Made by a program: the position numbers and the translations under genes. This document shows, one piece after another, positions 15,555 to 17,229 of a DNA stretch of 17,229 nt (positions within the stretch are counted from its first letter, which is position 1; the number at the start of each line of letters is the position of its first letter). Origin of the DNA: a virus (lineage: Duplodnaviria; Heunggongvirae; Uroviricota; Caudoviricetes). The stretch is taken from IMG/VR virus record IMGVR_UViG_2751185970_000003; one strand, given 5' to 3'. The notes under the pieces were generated by a model. That model searched no databases and had not been told where the DNA came from. It saw nothing but the letters and a program-made list of their open reading frames with translations.

Positions 15555-16145
15555 TCAGGTGTTATTTTTATCTGTCGTCAGTGGGCTAAACCATCCACAA
15601 TTTACATCGCATGACTGATGCGTTCTGTCCTCGTGTTTCTCCTGCCACAATGCTTTTCCGCCAGCCTTTATGATGGCTCTTTCAACATCCCGCTCGTATC
15701 GCAAGGGCTGAAATACGTCATTAATGAAATATTCGCTTATGTCCGGAAGCGATACTGCAAAATTATTTGTTTGTTGCGCCGTCCTGCTATGCAGCAAAGC
15801 GGCATGCTTTAATGCGTCCTGTGCTTTCTGGAATTTAAGTGCATAGTCAGTGGCGATTTTTTCCAGTTCAGCGATTCGGTTGTCTTTGGTTTCCAGCCAA
15901 TCAAGTAGCGCCAATACTTCAGGATCCCCGACATCCAACACTGTTACGCGTGATTTTTCATAATGTTCGTCAGCAAGAGTTCGGCCAATTTTGAAATCTC
16001 CATCATCACCATAACCGGAGCAGGCATAAACAACCTGTGCTCCAGATATTCGCTGAATTGACATTTCCTCGCCGCAAATAGGGCATTTCGGTACTGGCAC
16101 AGGTGAATAACGTTCACGTAATGCCTGATAGTTGATTTCGCTCAT
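15555..16145 (-). CDS. Ead/Ea22-like family protein with an N-terminal zinc-ribbon (CPICGEEM...YACSGYG) and a central coiled-coil; function unknown
   Basis: 196 aa, with an AAGGAGA ribosome-binding site 8 nt upstream of the ATG. MSEINYQALRERY... and PEVLALLDWLETKDNRIAELEK resemble the Ea22-like proteins of enterobacterial prophages that I remember. The gene is visibly lower in GC than the flanking phage genes. Confidence 0.7.
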   Translation of the reverse strand: MSEINYQALRERYSPVPVPKCPICGEEMSIQRISGAQVVYACSGYGDDGDFKIGRTLADEHYEKSRVTVLDVGDPEVLALLDWLETKDNRIAELEKIATDYALKFQKAQDALKHAALLHSRTAQQTNNFAVSLPDISEYFINDVFQPLRYERDVERAIIKAGGKALWQEKHEDRTHQSCDVNCGWFSPLTTDKNNT

Positions 16146-16208
16146 TAAGTCGTTCTCCTTGTTTATGTTCTGAGGTGGAGAGCAGGGCGAACTCGCCCTG
16201 ATGTTGTG

Positions 16209-16520
16209 TTATTCAGGAAATAACGCCCGGATATTTCCGGCCATCTGACTGGTTATCTGTGCGGTTGATACTGGCTGTGATGCGGGGCGTTCTGTCCTGG
16301 TTTGTGTCACTGATAACGCTTCATCACCAGCCCATGCAGCCAGTCGATAAGCCTCTGCCGGATTCATTTTCAGAAGTGCCAGCCCGGCCAGAAAAGCCAC
16401 GCGTTGGCCGCTTTTGCGGGCTTCTGGTGTAAGGCTGTCCAGCCAGGCGCATGCTTCTCCTTCGTTCTTGACGGCGGTGGGCTTCAGATAGAAACTTATC
16501 CGTCTGGTTGGAGTCGTCAT
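16209..16520 (-). CDS. parR: ParR/StbB-like ribbon-helix-helix centromere-binding protein
   Basis: 103 aa from the ATG at 16520 (MTTPTRRISFYLKP...AWLDSLTPEARKSGQRVAFLAGLALL...), resembling R1 ParR (RRTIAFKLNP...LDSIPQGERSRLNRAALTAGLALY). It starts 4 nt after the parM stop, the same gene order as R1 parM-parR. Confidence 0.7.
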   Translation of the reverse strand: MTTPTRRISFYLKPTAVKNEGEACAWLDSLTPEARKSGQRVAFLAGLALLKMNPAEAYRLAAWAGDEALSVTQTRTERPASQPVSTAQITSQMAGNIRALFPE

Positions 16521-16524
16521 TGGT

Positions 16525-17130
16525 TTACTCCTTGTCCATTGCGTACAGCCCATTAACCAGAGCAAACTGTGGCACCCCGTCCGCGATGAAAGTCGCATTA
16601 ACTCCGCAGGCTTCGCGGATAGCGGGTGCCACAATCTCCGCCCCTCCACCGACAACCATCACCCGCCCGTAACCCGAAAAAACCGCCAGCGCGCGGATCA
16701 CGCGTTGTTTCAGTGTTTCTTCCTTTTCACGAATTACCGCCATCAGGCTGGCGTAATGCGCGTCATTGTGGATGTGCTGGCGCAGCCAGGCTTCATCATG
16801 GCGATGTTCGATAATGGTATTGGCGATGTGGTGACTGGTGCGCATACCGTTAGTGGCCATCACCGACAGTACGGCATCGGCCATCAGAGAAACGCCCACG
16901 TGTGGATCGCAAAACACCTGGCTGATACCTGCCAGTTGCCCCTGAACCTTTGCCACATCCAGCGTGGTTCCGCCCAAATCCACAATCAGCAGGGATTCAA
17001 ACGGACTCATGTCAGCCAGTGCCTTAAAGCCAGCCGGAATGGATTCAGGCATAACCTGTACGTTACGGATAGTGAATGCTTCGCCGTTCTGGTACTCCAC
17101 CGGGCGCATGACGTTCGCTTTTTTGCGGTT
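16525..17130 (-). pseudogene. parM: ParM/StbA-like actin-type partition ATPase, 5'-truncated (about 115 N-terminal residues missing) by an IS insertion
   Basis: The translation ...NRKKANVMRPVEYQNGEAFTIRNVQVMPESIPAGFKAL...LLIVDLGGTTLDVAKV...VFSGYGRVMVVGGGAEIVAPAI...FALVNGLYAMDKE aligns with R1 ParM from about residue 120 onward (phosphate-2 and adenosine motifs present). The coding sequence abuts the IS terminus at 17131 and the only in-frame start is a TTG inside the IS end. Confidence 0.75.
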
Positions 17131-17229
17131 TGAAGTGGTCAACAAAAACTGGCCACCGAGTTAGAGTTTTTCCAGTATCGATTTTCCGATTCGTTTGGGG
17201 GGAACCCACCGTTATATTCGTGCGGTCTT
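17131..17229. mobile_element. Terminus of an IS3-family-like insertion sequence (IS911-like end), continuing beyond the window
   Basis: The sequence begins TGAAGTGGTCAACAAAAACTGGCCACC, which resembles the IS911-type terminal repeat (TGAAGTGG...TGGCCACC) as I recall it, exactly where ParM homology stops. No ORF is included in the 99 bp available. Confidence 0.5.

Noticed and set aside
16521-16655. The 5' extension of the ParR-like ORF in the track (start at 16655).
   Set aside because: The extension overlaps the 3' end of parM in another frame. The ATG at 16520, 4 nt after the parM stop and downstream of an AAGGAG, gives a 103-aa protein of typical ParR size.
1-17229. tRNA genes, rRNA genes and CRISPR arrays.
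   Set aside because: There are no short regularly spaced direct repeats with unique spacers, no cloverleaf-like sequence at the non-coding gaps, and no rRNA-like stretch. The only repeats are the in-gene 132-bp units and the phased TTGTGCA heptamers.

Overview
The window is the late (structural, lysis, packaging) module of a P2-like prophage from an enterobacterium, bounded at both edges by IS3-family insertion sequence ends. On the minus strand the gene order is G-H-I-J-W-V-S-R-lysC-lysB-endolysin-holin-X-L-M-N-O (coordinates 1334..12112); on the plus strand the terminase ATPase P and portal Q are transcribed divergently from O (12267..15064). Downstream of Q lies a structured, non-coding cos-proximal region (15065..15554), then a lower-GC cargo segment: an Ea22-like zinc-ribbon/coiled-coil protein, a ParR-like gene and a ParM-like actin-type ATPase gene whose 5' half is cut off by an IS terminus at 17131. 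At the left end, an IS629-like element (1..238) has inserted into an inverted, silent P2-type tail-fibre cassette (Hv' fragment plus G'). That cassette sits opposite the expressed H-G pair, and a 26-bp gix/hix-like crossover site lies inside H (2566..2591), so this looks like a Mu/P1-style host-range inversion switch that has been disrupted. Three core genes carry single-base frameshifts (G' near 786, J near 4683, major capsid N in a T7 run at 11078..11084), so the prophage is either defective or the assembly has homopolymer errors. No tRNA, rRNA or CRISPR array was seen. All homology statements come from reading the translations and from remembered P2, Mu and R1 sequences; no database search was run.
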